64,000 nt of DNA from NCBI GenBank assembly GCA_028534125.1, contig CM052818.1, forward strand, positions 42,224,001-42,288,000, written 5' to 3'. Both the position numbers and the translations under genes were made by a program. Positions 37,780 through 49,994 of the stretch are shown here, one piece after another. This stretch comes from Lama glama. Taxonomy: Eukaryota. Each line of letters starts with the position of its first letter. Position 1 is the stretch's first letter. The notes beneath the pieces were generated by a model. That model worked only from the letters and a program-made list of their open reading frames with translations, was not told where the DNA came from and made no database searches.

Positions 37780-38800
37780 CTTCGGATCCAGCGGGACACG
37801 TTCCCTTCGGCAGGAGCCCTCGCGTGTGCTCTGCACCCTCCCAGGACCCCTGCTTGCAGGCCTGCGCGTTCACACTGAGCGGAGGTGAAAGGGCTCTAGA
37901 GCTGCAGCCCGTCCTGCTTCATCTTCCCTTCCTCCCCCAGCTTGTGTTCTGCAAGTAGTAATGACTTTAATTATCTGTTGAATTGATTTGAAACAAGTCA
38001 CTCACCTTGAAATGTACGGCTCCCGAAGGCGGAGTGGCTGAGTGGCTGTGTAGCTGTTCCGGCTTGTCCGGAGCTTGCTGCAAGGATACTTGGTCCAGTG
38101 CCTGCTCGCTCCTCTCGGCCACACAGGCCTGTGTCTGTCCGCTGAACCTGCCAGGCCTGCTGCCATCAGAGGGTGTTTCCAGGTCGGGGTGTCCCCTGCC
38201 GGGCATGCCCTTCTCCCGAGTTTTCACGTGACTGGGCCTCTTCCATCCCTCAGTCTCCACCCAGAGGCTCCCTCTTCAAAAAGGCCTTCCCCGACCCTTT
38301 TGTGCATTGCCTCCACGCCCTCCTCTCTTTTGCCCTTATCAGAACTTTTTCTTTGCAGCACTTAAACCTAACATATTTTGTGGTTATTCATGTGTCTTCT
38401 CCACTTTATCTGCTCTTCCTTGGCCATTCTCTTTATAATTTTATCCTGGCTTTAAATCCTCCTTCCCTGCTTTATTTTCTTCTTAGCATTTATCAGTAAC
38501 TTAGTTTGGATTTTACTTATTTACTCGTTTATTGTCTGCTTGCCCTTTTAGAATGTCAGCTCCTGTAGCGCAGGGATTTTTATGTGTTTTCTTCCCTTCC
38601 CTACCTAACCCTGCACTTTGAATCCTGCCTGGCATGTGAGAGGCACTCAGTAAATACTTGTTGAATGAATTAACAGATGAATGCGTGAATTAATGTAAAA
38701 TCCACAGGAGAAGGACTTTGTGTCTTGTTCACTAACGTAGCCTCAGTGCCCTGGAGGACGTTAGGGCAAAGCGGTAACTCAGTAACTTGTTTTGAATGGA
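37780..38800 (+). mobile_element. L2 (L2a-like) 3' portion plus a second short L2 end
   Basis: ggccacacaggcct, ggccttccccgacc, tagaatgtcagctcc, gcctggcatgtgagaggcactcagtaaatacttgttgaatgaat (canonical L2 3' end). Confidence 0.75.
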
Positions 38801-39402
38801 TGGAAGGGTGGGCTGGCTTTACATTTTAGGTTTCAAGCTATTCAGTATTTTGAAAAGCAGTAGTAAGTTATGCCAGCAAGTTGATCTTTTACTTACTCTG
38901 TTTTGAGATCCCATTGGGAGAGTTTTTGCTGGGCATTTAACCGAAGTTTGATTAACTCATTTTGATTGAGCCAAATTTTATGATTATGATTGCTGGGAAA
39001 CTTCTTCGGTTTGTGTTACTTTAGTGTTTTATACTGTCATTCTTAAATCATCATGTGTCTTTGACGTTGTTGACATGTGATCAAGTTTTATAAAACTTTG
39101 AAATTACATTTACTGTTGTAGGTGATACAGCTGTGTTAGCTACCTGTCCTTGCTTGTCATTACTGTAAAACGTTTGCACTTGATACTCTGGTTGACTGTT
39201 TTCAAATTCAAAGGTGATGCTTCTTACTGTCTGTGTTAGCATTCTTATTTGTGGTAAGAGTTCTCTTTTGGTAAAAGAAAGAAATATATTTTTTGACTTT
39301 TACTATTTTTGATGCTTATAGCATGTTTTAGAATGTTGATTTAGATTTTTTGTTATGGCTTTTGTTTTATTGTAAAACCTTTCCAGAATGATGAAGGAAT
39401 CT

Positions 39403-39451
39403 AGTTTAAAATGTTGTATTTTAAACAGTTTAAATGTTGTATTTTAAACAG
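39403..39451. repeat. Near-perfect tandem duplication of AAATGTTGTATTTTAAACAG
   Basis: Two copies read directly, separated by ttt. Confidence 0.9.
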
Positions 39452-39464
39452 CTGTCTATAGAAA

Positions 39465-39690
39465 TAGTATAGCAGAGGAATAAGAGCATTGACTCTGGCT
39501 AGAGCAAAGTTGCTTAGGTTTGTGATCTTGAACACGTTTCTTAACTGCACCTCAGTCTTTTCACCTGTAAAGTGGGGATGGTTATAGCACTTACTTCATA
39601 GCATTGTGAGAATGACTGAGTTCACGTATATAAAACACGGAATAGTGCTTGGCACCGAGTAATTGCTACTAATGTGTTAGGAATTATTAA
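39465..39690 (+). mobile_element. MIR SINE
   Basis: taagagcattgactctgg...cctcagtcttttcacctgtaaagtggggatg (core)...aatagtgcttggcac. Confidence 0.8.
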
Positions 39691-39887
39691 TGCAGAAGCC
39701 CATGCTGAGGCTTTGGCCTTATATACGTGTATTAACTAATGTTTTAAACTTCTTATTGGAATATTTTTATACTTACAGAAAAGTTGCAAAGAAAATACAG
39801 AAAGTTTCTGTATACCCTTCACCCAGCTTCCCCTTCCTTCTTACACAATCACAGAACAGTTGTCAAAACATGAAATTACTGCTGGAA

Positions 39888-40453
39888 TAGTCAGTTCTGC
39901 ATCTGACGTGACATATGGATTCCTAAGAATCACTACACCCTGCAGAATCATGCAGCGAGAACCACGGGACTTATGGGGAGAAGAGGGTTAGTGAAACAAA
40001 GTTAGGGACGTAGCAAAAATTTGTTACAGTTTTACATGTGTTAAACTATGAAACATGTAAGTACTAAAATATGACACTTTACCTTGCAAAAGATCTGAAA
40101 AAGACTGCTTATGGAAGTGGGTGTGGGAGGCCTTGCAGTTTGTGTGCTATTGGGAAGTGGCGGAGGAGGGTGCCGAGGGTGCCGGGGGAAGGTTGTAACC
40201 CCGGACGTGGACTGAAGTGGCTTCTGACACTTCCTGGGAGCCGAGGTCGCTGCCAGATATTTGGGGAGTGCGTGTGCGTGCAAGTGGGCTGATGTGGCTT
40301 AGTTCAGCTGAGCACAGCTGTCTGTTCACCTGATGTTGCTTATGGATGAACGTGGACGTCAGAAAATGTGAAATTTGTTATGCTGAAGTTGTTCCCTAAT
40401 GTATAAACTCATTGGAACAAATTTGCATTTTGAAAACCTGGCAGTACGGACTG
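39888..40453 (-). mobile_element. TcMar-Tigger DNA transposon (MER82-like), inserted in an old L1 fragment (about 39740-40560)
   Basis: agtcagttctgc left end, ttcctaagaatcac, cttatggggagaagagggttag, ttgttccctaatgtata, ttggaacaaatttgcattttgaaaac, right end gactg then TA. Confidence 0.75.
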
Positions 40454-41969
40454 TACAGTGCTGTTAACTAAACTGTGTATTTATTTGGATTTACCCAGTT
40501 TTTCTCCTAATACATTTTTTCTGTTTTAGTATCTGATCTAGGATGCCGCACTGCACTTAGACTTCATTTACTTTTAATATATGGAAATAAACTCTGTCAT
40601 TCAATACCTGTCACTCATGAAATTTTTTGACACATACATTCAGTACACAATGAAAATTGATACTAATATTTATATTCTTGGATTGCCTCCAGAATCAGCA
40701 AGGAAAGATTGAATTATATTTAGCGTATTTTGGGATATTGCAATATTTGAAATACTTTATAGCATAAGTGGTAAAACTCTGATGGAAATAGAATATCCAG
40801 AACACCTCATTCTTTTCATCATCCCTGAAAAGCCGTTTCTATAGTAACTTGGCTGTTTATTTGCTTGTGAATATCTAAGTTTAGTTAGACTATTTGATGA
40901 TTGAAATCTTGACTATGAAAAGCCTGCTGTAATATGCAGATGGGCTGTGCTTGTGTGAACCATGGAAATGTGTTTTAGATGTTTCCATTTTCTTTTCAGA
41001 ATTTGTGATTGTATGAATTATTCTCTACCTTTATTTCCATATTAATTTTTTAAAAAATTAAAGTCATAGTAATTTATGTGACATCATTAAGGCTAAAAAT
41101 AACAAGTGGCAGAGTGAAAAATTTTAAGTCACCAATTGATTAGATAACATAGGATGTCAGTCTAATCTTATGTCCGTATATACCTAGTCTCATATTCAGA
41201 AACTGCTGTTACCCCAGAGCATAAAAACCTTCCTTTACAAACAGTCTGATAAATTGACAGACCAACTGGCAGAAGTCTCCTCCCTGTGACCAGCAGACCC
41301 AGGACCTCTTTGTGCTGTGTGTGTTTTAACTCGTGATTGTCCCTGACGTTTTATTCTCTTGCTAACCCTAAATCATTCCTGCTTTCCTTAGCCCTTCGGT
41401 GCTGTCTGCATGGTGCAGCAGAAATCCAGGTCCCTAGGAGTTTTCCCATTCCGTTTCCAGAGGGAAATGTCATCCTTTTTGCATCCTTTTCTCCTCGTTG
41501 ATAATCTTTGCTATTCCCTCAAAACTAGAAGGCCTTTGGATGACCAGTTTGGAGAATAGTGTTGTTTTCAGAGGTTGCCAGTATCCTGTGGCAAAATTTT
41601 TTTTTTCAAGTGACGGGACGAATGCGTATCTCGTACTCAAGTGCTGTGAATATAGTGATGAGTGCAATGATGGTTAATAACTGTTGGATGAATAAATGGT
41701 AGTTATGTATTTGGAAAACACAAGGATTGATTTGGCAAAGTAAATGAAATGTAGTCAAAAGCATTCTTTTTGAAACAATCTGGAAAGGAAACCTTTGACT
41801 TTTCATACTGCAAGCAAGGTAGCATTCTGGTTGTGTTCTGCTGTCCTCTTCACAGTGGATATATCTGTGTCTATAATCTATTCGTAAATTATAGTTCTGG
41901 CTTTGTATATTTTTGGCTCTGTGTTAAGCATAGGGACTCTTAAGACCATTTAGCCATGATACACTTTTA

Positions 41970-42255
41970 ATTTTATTTAACATATTTTTTAATTGTAAAA
42001 TACATGTAGCATAAAATTTACATCTAAACCATTTTTCACTGTACAGTTGAGTAGTGTTAAGTACATTTACATTGTTGTGCACCCAATTTCCAGAACCCTT
42101 TTTATTTTGTGAAACAAACTCTGTACCTGTTAAATGACAGCTCCCCATTTTCCCCTCACTCCTGCCCCTGGCAAATGCCATTCTTCTAATTTATGTTTTC
42201 TATGAATTTGACTGTATAGTATTTGTCTTTTTGTGACTGGCATGATGTCCTCAAG
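41970..42255 (-). mobile_element. L1MB-like 3' fragment
   Basis: cataaaatttacatc..aaccattttt..tgtacagtt..gtagtgttaagtacatttacattgttgtgca. Confidence 0.8.
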
Positions 42256-42355
42256 GCATGATATACTCTTAGTGAAATTAATACTATAATTAAATAAGAT
42301 TTAAAGTAGCTGGCCACCTGTGGGTCATGTTTTTATTTATGCTGCAAAAGTATTT

Positions 42356-42652
42356 CTTTTTTTTTAAGGTTGTTTTACATACACACACACACACACACAC
42401 ACATACATATATATATATTTTTTGAAGTATAGTCAGTTTGCAATGTTGTGTCAATTTCTGGTGTACAGCATGATAGTTCAGTCATACGTGTACATACACA
42501 TATTCATTTTCATTTTCTTTTTCATTGTAGGTTACTACAAGATATTGAATATAAGGATAAATGGGGAGGTCAAGATTTGCAGATACTAACTACTATATAT
42601 ATAATCAATAAGCAACAAGATATGTATACTGTATAGCACGAGGAACTATGTT
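42356..42652 (-). mobile_element. Lineage-specific L1 3' end with 5' inversion, 11-bp TSD and (AC)n/(AT)n in the tail
   Basis: TSD CAAAAGTATTT at 42345-42355 and 42653-42663; antisense segment to about 42553, then a sense segment 42554-42652. Confidence 0.88.
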
Positions 42653-44990
42653 CAAAAGTATTTGCTGAAGTTAAGGATGAAAATGAGCGATGAGTTTAGG
42701 TCAGGGTGGGCTGGTGCATCACCATCACTGCCTGAGTCCTTGTGAGGAGCCTCTTCATCTTTCGACGATAAATAGGGCATCCAAATGAAGGCAGCTTCTA
42801 ATATCTCTTCTAGTACGTTGTTTTCTAAATTTTGGATTTGAATAGCCAAATATAGAGATTTTTCTGTTATTACTACAACATAAAATTTATGTCTTAAAAG
42901 CAAACCATCAGTGTGCATTTTATTAAAAATTTCAGCAGGACAAATTTGACTAAGGTCAGATTAATTTACCTTGTAACTTGAATCATTAATGAAGAATTTA
43001 CCTTTAGAAAGATCAGATGACATTATTCTCATTCTTTACAACTGAAAGGTAGACAGGAGTTTGCTTTTCTCCTACATTTTCAGTTACAAATTAGTGACAT
43101 TTTGCTGTTTTATGTTAGTTTGTGGCCTTTTAAGAGATGGAATAATTCGAACTATCTTTTTAAAATTGAAGTCAGATTAGGCTCTAGGCAGCTTTCACTC
43201 AGAAGGTAAATTATTGTTTGGTTGACTTTTTTTTTTTTTTCTTGAAAGGCAACAGAAGGTGGTACCAGAATCAATTACTGTTGGCTTAGTTTCGTAGTTT
43301 TAAGGATATTCTGGAAGTTTTTATCCCAAAAGAAGCATAATAATGTTTCTTGCCAAGCAAATGTTGATTTTTGAATTTTAACTTTAGTGAAATTGATAAT
43401 CATGAATACACATGAAACTGATTTAAAAAATGAACCATTTCTAAATTGCTCAATATTTCATTTTCACTGAAGGGCAAGGACACTTTTAAAGAAAGTAGAA
43501 GAATCATATAAAATATTGTGTTAATTCAATGAAAATTTAGGTAATACTTATGTTCCATGTAAAGGTATTAGATTTAAATACATGGGTAGAAATACAAGTC
43601 AAATGTGCTCCCTGTCCACAGATAAATTAGAATCTATTAGGAAAGATCAGACAGGTTAGGTATAGATAAGACTGCCATAAAATTAAAGTACGTGTGATAG
43701 GTGGCGTATAGATAGCTTTAGAGATGGAAGAGATTGCTTTCTGTTATGAAGAAAGTAAATCAGGAAAGCCTTCTTGGAAGGAATAAAGTTTGCTCTAGGC
43801 CTTGAAGGTTAGGTATGTTTTTGATGTTGGGAAGTTTGAGTAGGAAACAGTCATCTGAATAAATATTTAACCTGAAGTATTCCCACCTACTTAGTCCTCA
43901 CCTGTATCATATTGTTTAGTCACAATACAAAAGATGTTCCCAATTCATTTGTTAGTTGAAAATGAATTAGTGCAGAGATTTTCCAGTAAACGGTTAGGAA
44001 TCTCTTTTTACTCATGTTTCTGTGCAGCCCAGTCCTGTTCATAAAGATTCCTTTTTTCTTCCCTGAAAAGTTTAAAAAGCAGTTTTTATTGGGCATTGTA
44101 TTTCCACCATAATTTTTTTGTTGTTGAAATGAAATATCACATAAACTATAGCCTGGATGATGAAATAATTATGGAAAGATTGAGGCATTGCATTCACTTT
44201 TTACATTCTCAAGGGAAACATTAAAGTGTTTCTTTTTCCTTTAAAATTGTAAAGTTGATTAGTTACCTAATGAAAATTCAATTCCCACATGTGCAGTTTA
44301 TTCCTGAACTGCTATGAGCAAAGAACAATAAATTGGTTTGTATTCTAGGCTTGAAATAAGTAGTCGGCCCTCTGCGGTGACTGTGAAAAGAGACGTACAG
44401 ACTGTACTCGGCAAAATGGGATACGCAGTTTCTGAATCCAGGAATAACTTGGTGGTTGGATCAGGAAGGAAGGGCCTGCGAGGCTCACTGGTCTGGGAGC
44501 AGGGTCTGGGGCTGGCAGGGAGATAGGTAGTTTGCAGGTCTCCTGGCACTGTACGCTCTTAGATCTTGACTTGATTAATTCTTGTTTTTCTATTTATTTA
44601 AAAAGCAAAATGGATTTAGGGCAACTTTATTGATTACGAAGGTGGAAACAAATTATTATCTCATCATAATTTTTATGGGCTTTGGAAAGTATGTTGGTAT
44701 CTTTTATCTATTTGGTGCTCTGAAATGTACTAAAGAAATGAAGGTATAATGGTTTATTAGTTATTCCTCTTATTTGATGAACAGTTCATGGTAATGAAAC
44801 TTTAATAAATTTAAAAATGAATTTTATGTTTCACTTTTAATTCTCATAGCATGTTTATGAGAGAAGCAAAAAAGGGATTATTATCCCACTTTCAGGGCAA
44901 AAAATTTGAGAGACAATAGGGAAATATTTTAAAAAATTATTTTAAGTGTATAATTATTTTAGTATATATGTTTTTAATGTGGCTTAATAA

Positions 44991-46075
44991 ACTTTAAAAA
45001 ATGGAAAGATATCCCATGCTCTTGGATTGGAAGAATCAATATTGTTAAAATGGTCACACTGCCCAAGGCAATCTACAGATTTAATGCAATCCCTATCAAA
45101 TTACCCAGGACACATTTCACAGAACTAGAACAAATCATAATAAAATTCATATGGAACCATCAAAGACCTAGAATTTCCAAAGCATTACTGAAGAGAGAGA
45201 AAGAGGCTGAAGGAATTACTCTCCCAGACTTCAGACAATACTATAGAGCTACAGTCATCAAGACAGCATGGTATTGGTACAAAAACAGACATATAGACCA
45301 ATGGAACAGAATAGAGAGCCCAGAAATGAACCCACAAACTTTTGGTCAACTCATCTTCGACAAAGGAGGCAAGAATATACAATGGAATAAAGACAGTCTC
45401 TTCAGCAAATGGTGTTGGGAAAACTGGACAGCAGCATGTAAAACAATGAAGCTAGAACACTNNNNNNNNNNNNNNNNNNNNNNNNNNNNNNNNNNNNNNN
45501 NNNNNNNNNNNNNNNNNNNNNNNNNNNNNNNNNNNNNNNNNNNNNNNNNNNNNNNNNNNNNNNNNNNNNNNNNNNNNNNNNNNNNNNNNNNNNNNNNNNN
45601 NNNNNNNNNNNNNNNNNNNNNNNNNNNNNNNNNNNNNNNNNNNNNNNNNNNNNNNNNNNNNNNNNNNNNNNNNNNNNNNNNNNNNNNNNNNNNNNNNNNN
45701 NNNNNNNNNNNNNNNNNNNNNNNNNNNNNNNNNNNNNNNNNNNNNNNNNNNNNNNNNNNNNNNNNNNNNNNNNNNNNNNNNNNNNNNNNNNNNNNNNNNN
45801 NNNNNNNNNNNNNNNNNNNNNNNNNNNNNNNNNNNNNNNNNNNNNNNNNNNNNNNNNNNNNNNNNNNNNNNNNNNNNNNNNNNNNNNNNNNNNNNNNNNN
45901 NNNNNNNNNNNNNNNNNNNNNNNNNNNNNNNNNNNNNNNNNNNNNNNNNNNNNNNNNNNNNCCTTACACCATACACAAAAATCAACTCACAATGGATCAA
46001 AGACTTAAACATAAGACAAGATACAATAAACCTCCTAGAGGTAAATATAGGCAAAACATTATGTGGCATACATCT
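44991..46075 (+). mobile_element. Young L1 ORF2 internal fragment (about 585 bp sequenced) spanning an assembly gap
   Basis: Stop-free ORF2 peptide [36 protein letters not shown]...[17 protein letters not shown]; after the gap [33 protein letters not shown]. Confidence 0.95.
45462..45961. other. Assembly gap, exactly 500 N
   Basis: Run of n characters; the round length suggests a placeholder size. Confidence 1.
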
Positions 46076-46845
46076 AAAGTTTACTTCTTTATTCTAGTTT
46101 TATTGTGATATAATTGATATGTTACTGTATCAATTTAAGGTATACAGAATAATGCAAAGTTTATGATTTTATTTGAAATTAAAAAATCTTTCAGAGGGAA
46201 TTTTTTTTAAACTAATGCATTATCCTAAAAATCTGTTACTAGAGTCAGCATTTCAGCATTACCTGGTGATACCAAATAATATCACCAGGAGATGAGATTT
46301 TTCATGGAGATGAGATTTTTCTCTCATTATTCATTTTTTTCCGAACTTTAAATACTTTGACCAGTCATTTCAGAACATGGGATCTTTAAATAGACTGAAT
46401 GTAACATCTTCCAAATGGTTGAATTACCGTTCGGGAAATAATCCCTGTAATGCTTTTTGATCACAGGATGTCTTTTCCTGTCAAGTTTTCATTAATATGT
46501 AAATACTTGGCTTTAACAGCAATGAATCTCTTTATCATATATATTTAATTAACATATAAATAACTCTGTGATACATTTTTTCCAATTCCTGATATAGGCC
46601 AGCCTATTTAAACGTTGTATTTGTAGTAAGTGAAAGTCTATTAAGCATCACGTTCGTATTTTGTAGGCAAAACATATATGTTATTTTAAGAAACGGTTTG
46701 ACGCCAGTGTGTACCTTTTTTTAATTCAAAAAGTTTAGATACTATATGTAATAACTGAAAAAATTCATCGTATGTATAAATGTTTGGATCACGTACATAA
46801 AAATGTATAAATGTTGGGATCATATTCGATGTAGAGAAGTGATAG

Positions 46846-47075
46846 TGTCATACACTAGGAAGAACAAAGGCTTTCAGTCAGAAACGTGGGTTTGTCCTGG
46901 TCCTGATACTTGCTAGCTGTGTTACTTCTGGGAAGTCACTTAGCTTCTCTGATCGTTAGTTTGGTCAGGTGTGGAATGGGGAGACTGTAGAGGTATTGCG
47001 GTGATTAAGTAACCTAAGACGTACATACCTAGCACAGCTCCTAGCATAAAATCAGGAGTCAGCACACAGCCGTGG
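46846..47075 (+). mobile_element. MIR SINE
   Basis: ggctttcagtcaga...acttgctagctgtgttacttctgggaagtcacttagcttctctg...cctagcacag. Confidence 0.75.
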
Positions 47076-47655
47076 TTGTGTTAATAGCAAATGTGGCTAT
47101 TGTACTAGCAGCAGCATTAGTTTTTGGTACATGTTGACAGGAAGGTCGTATTATAGATATATTTTAGTTTCAAGTGCATTAAGTAGGCTTGTAAAAGATT
47201 GATGAATAAACAAAATGCAAAATTGTAATAGGGAGTATTCCTCCTTGATGACAACAATGCTTTGAGTTCTTATCTGGGACAGTAGCCCTTCCCTGGTATC
47301 AGGTACCTGAGATTCCAGATTATTAATAAAAAATTTGGGCACTGTTCTAAATGAAGTTAAGCTTTTTAATTTCATTTTTTATTGAATTGTAGATACAGGA
47401 AAATGAACAAGTCATAAATGGGCAATTTGATGAATGATCGTAAAGTAAAGAAGATGCAGAAACAGACATAACCAGCATCCCTGTGCTTTCTTCTTTTACC
47501 CTCTTTAGTCACCTCACCCAGGAGAACCACTGCCCTGACTTCTCACATCATGAGTTAGTTTTGTCTGTTAAACACGTCAAGAGTTTACAAGGACTGTTTT
47601 ACCTAAACTCTGGAAGAGCATGAAAAACTTTTCTTGTCAACAGAGATAGATTTCT

Positions 47656-47872
47656 TTTTTAACAATTTATTTTTTAATTAAAAAATTTTTTTATTTTGGG
47701 GTGGGTGGCGGGAGGTAATTAGCTTCCTTCCTTCCTTCCTTCCTCCCTCCCTCGCTCCCTTCCTTCCTTCCTTCCTTCATGGAGGTCCTGGGGATTGAAC
47801 CCAGGACCTTGTGCATACTAATAAGCACAGCGCTCTACCACTGAGCTGTACCCTCCTCCCCGCCCCGCCTCC
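47656..47872 (-). mobile_element. tRNA-derived SINE (Vic-1-like), copy 3, with internal (CTTC)n microsatellite
   Basis: ggggattgaacccaggacc and ctctaccactgagctgtaccc; flanking repeat gagatagatttct (47643-47655) / gaaataagatttct (47873-47886). Confidence 0.88.
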
Positions 47873-49994
47873 GAAATAAGATTTCTGATGTTCCTTAAAT
47901 TGAATGCCTCTCTTACTTTTCTAATGCTGGATTTGCACTGACATTTTGGTTTTTTATATTTAAAGTGTGTTACAGACACAGACACACAGTATCTGCTGCT
48001 CATGACTCTGGTTTGTTCTGCTTCTTAGCTGCTGAATTTTTCGTTCCCAGGAGTTAGTTTTGGGTCTTTTCAATTTTCTTTGTCTTTCCTTATCATGTTA
48101 TTGGTGTTTCTTGGAAATTGATTATTCTCCTGGTTATGGGCCATGATTTCTTGCTTTTTTGCATACTTGGTATTTTTATTAGATGCCAAACTTTTAGGTT
48201 TGTTCATCTCACTAGTAGAGTTCCTGTCTGAGTTGTTATCCAGCATACTTTGTCCTTTCCCAGATTCTGTTGTTTTATTTAGTCTCACTGCGAGTTTCAC
48301 CAGCTACCTTACTGTGTATATTCTAAGGCTAGCCTCTCTGTGCAGTTGATCTCAATAGGTTTCTGAATTTGTAATAGGTTAACCTATATGGGTTTTCTTG
48401 ATCTGAAAATTATAGAAAGTGAACTAGCAATGCAGGTATAGGGGTATTTATTTGATATTGTTTCTTCCTTGTGGGTAATATGGAGTCTGTTTTTTTTCCA
48501 GGGTCAATTCCCTCACCACTTTCTGTACTTCCTGTCTCTGACTTTGTGAACAAGTATTTATTATGTAGTTAAGAAACTATATTAAAAAATGAGACCCGTT
48601 TCCTTCAAATTCTCCAATGTTTTGCTTTCTTTTTCTTCCTACCATCTCTAGTTTAACTTTGAGCATGATCAGTAATAGTGATGTGTTAGAATAACTTGCA
48701 CTACAGACACCTACTCCACTGATTCCCGACCACACCCTGTGGAATTGACACCAGAGCCTCTCCCTCTTGGTTTCTGGAGTTTTCATTTCTTCCGTTGTGA
48801 TTGTATGTCAGTCTGCAATGTAATTTGGCTTAGACTTAGAGAGCTTTTCATGATGAAAAGGCTGTCAGTGGACTTGGGCAGCAGAATCACCAAGCAGAGA
48901 ATCTTTGATGCCTCTTTGTTTATCAAAAGCTTAGGACGTTCCACATCTCTTTGTGCTCGTGCGCGCTCACACACACAGGCCGAGACTCACCTGCAGTCTG
49001 GTTTTGGGGTAGTTTTTGTTTTTTCGTTTATTTATTCGTATTTATCTATCCATTCTTCCATCTGTCCATCATCCATCCGTCCATTAAATACTCAGTGAGG
49101 TTTAAATGGATGCCAGGTGTTGAACGAAGAATATAAAAATGACTAACGCTTTGAAGGAGCCTATTTAGAAAAGGAGCAAGACGCAAATAAATAGTCGTAA
49201 TCCCGTGCACTGACAACAGTAACAGAAATACACGCAGGGCTTTGTAATACGGAATAAAGCCTGGTAAGCTGCTTGGTCTGAAAACATCAGAGAAGGCTTC
49301 AGATTTTTTCCTTTAATGAACACCACAGTGATTGACAGAGTTAAGGATAACATTATAAATATGCATGCTGTGAACCCGTACTACTTTTCTATCCATTTAG
49401 ATGAGGTTAAAGTGCTGTATTTTCTATTCTTCTTGTTACGTATCTTATATCCACATTTTTCTTCCTGCTGCCTTGGTGTCTGGAGTGTACATTTTTCTTT
49501 CTTTGAAGAGTTTCAAAAAAAGATAGAGTAACAGAATGACTTCCTTTCTTAAGGAAGTTTGCTAATTCATTACTTGATTGAATCATTTTGCTCAGCTCCT
49601 TCTGTGAGTCAGGTACTGAGGATAGAAAATGCTCCTCTGAGAGACATGGGTACAGATTACAGTAGCAGAGAGGGGAGTGCGCTAAGAGGCCATTGCACAG
49701 TCTTAGCTATGTAGTCTTCCTCTTCAATTGACTTTTATATTTTTCATTATTGTTCATTTACTGTTCATTTATATCTTAACTGAATCTTATATTTCTAGTT
49801 GTTTAGAGTTTTCTTCTTGTTTTAGAGAGCTCTACTTTTAGAATTAAGAGAGTATCAGTGAACCTGTTTCTAATGGTCATTCATTCATTCATTCATTCAG
49901 TAAGTCGGTGATGATTTTGGGGCTCATACCATTTACTTACCTGCACATTTGTAATCATAATATTTAACTTATGAGTTCTCTAAGGGTAAAGTGA

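Noticed and set aside
45050..46108. 352-aa ORF and the antisense 205-aa ORF at 45452..46069
   Set aside because: Their length is an artefact of translating through 500 N; the real content is a partial L1 ORF2.
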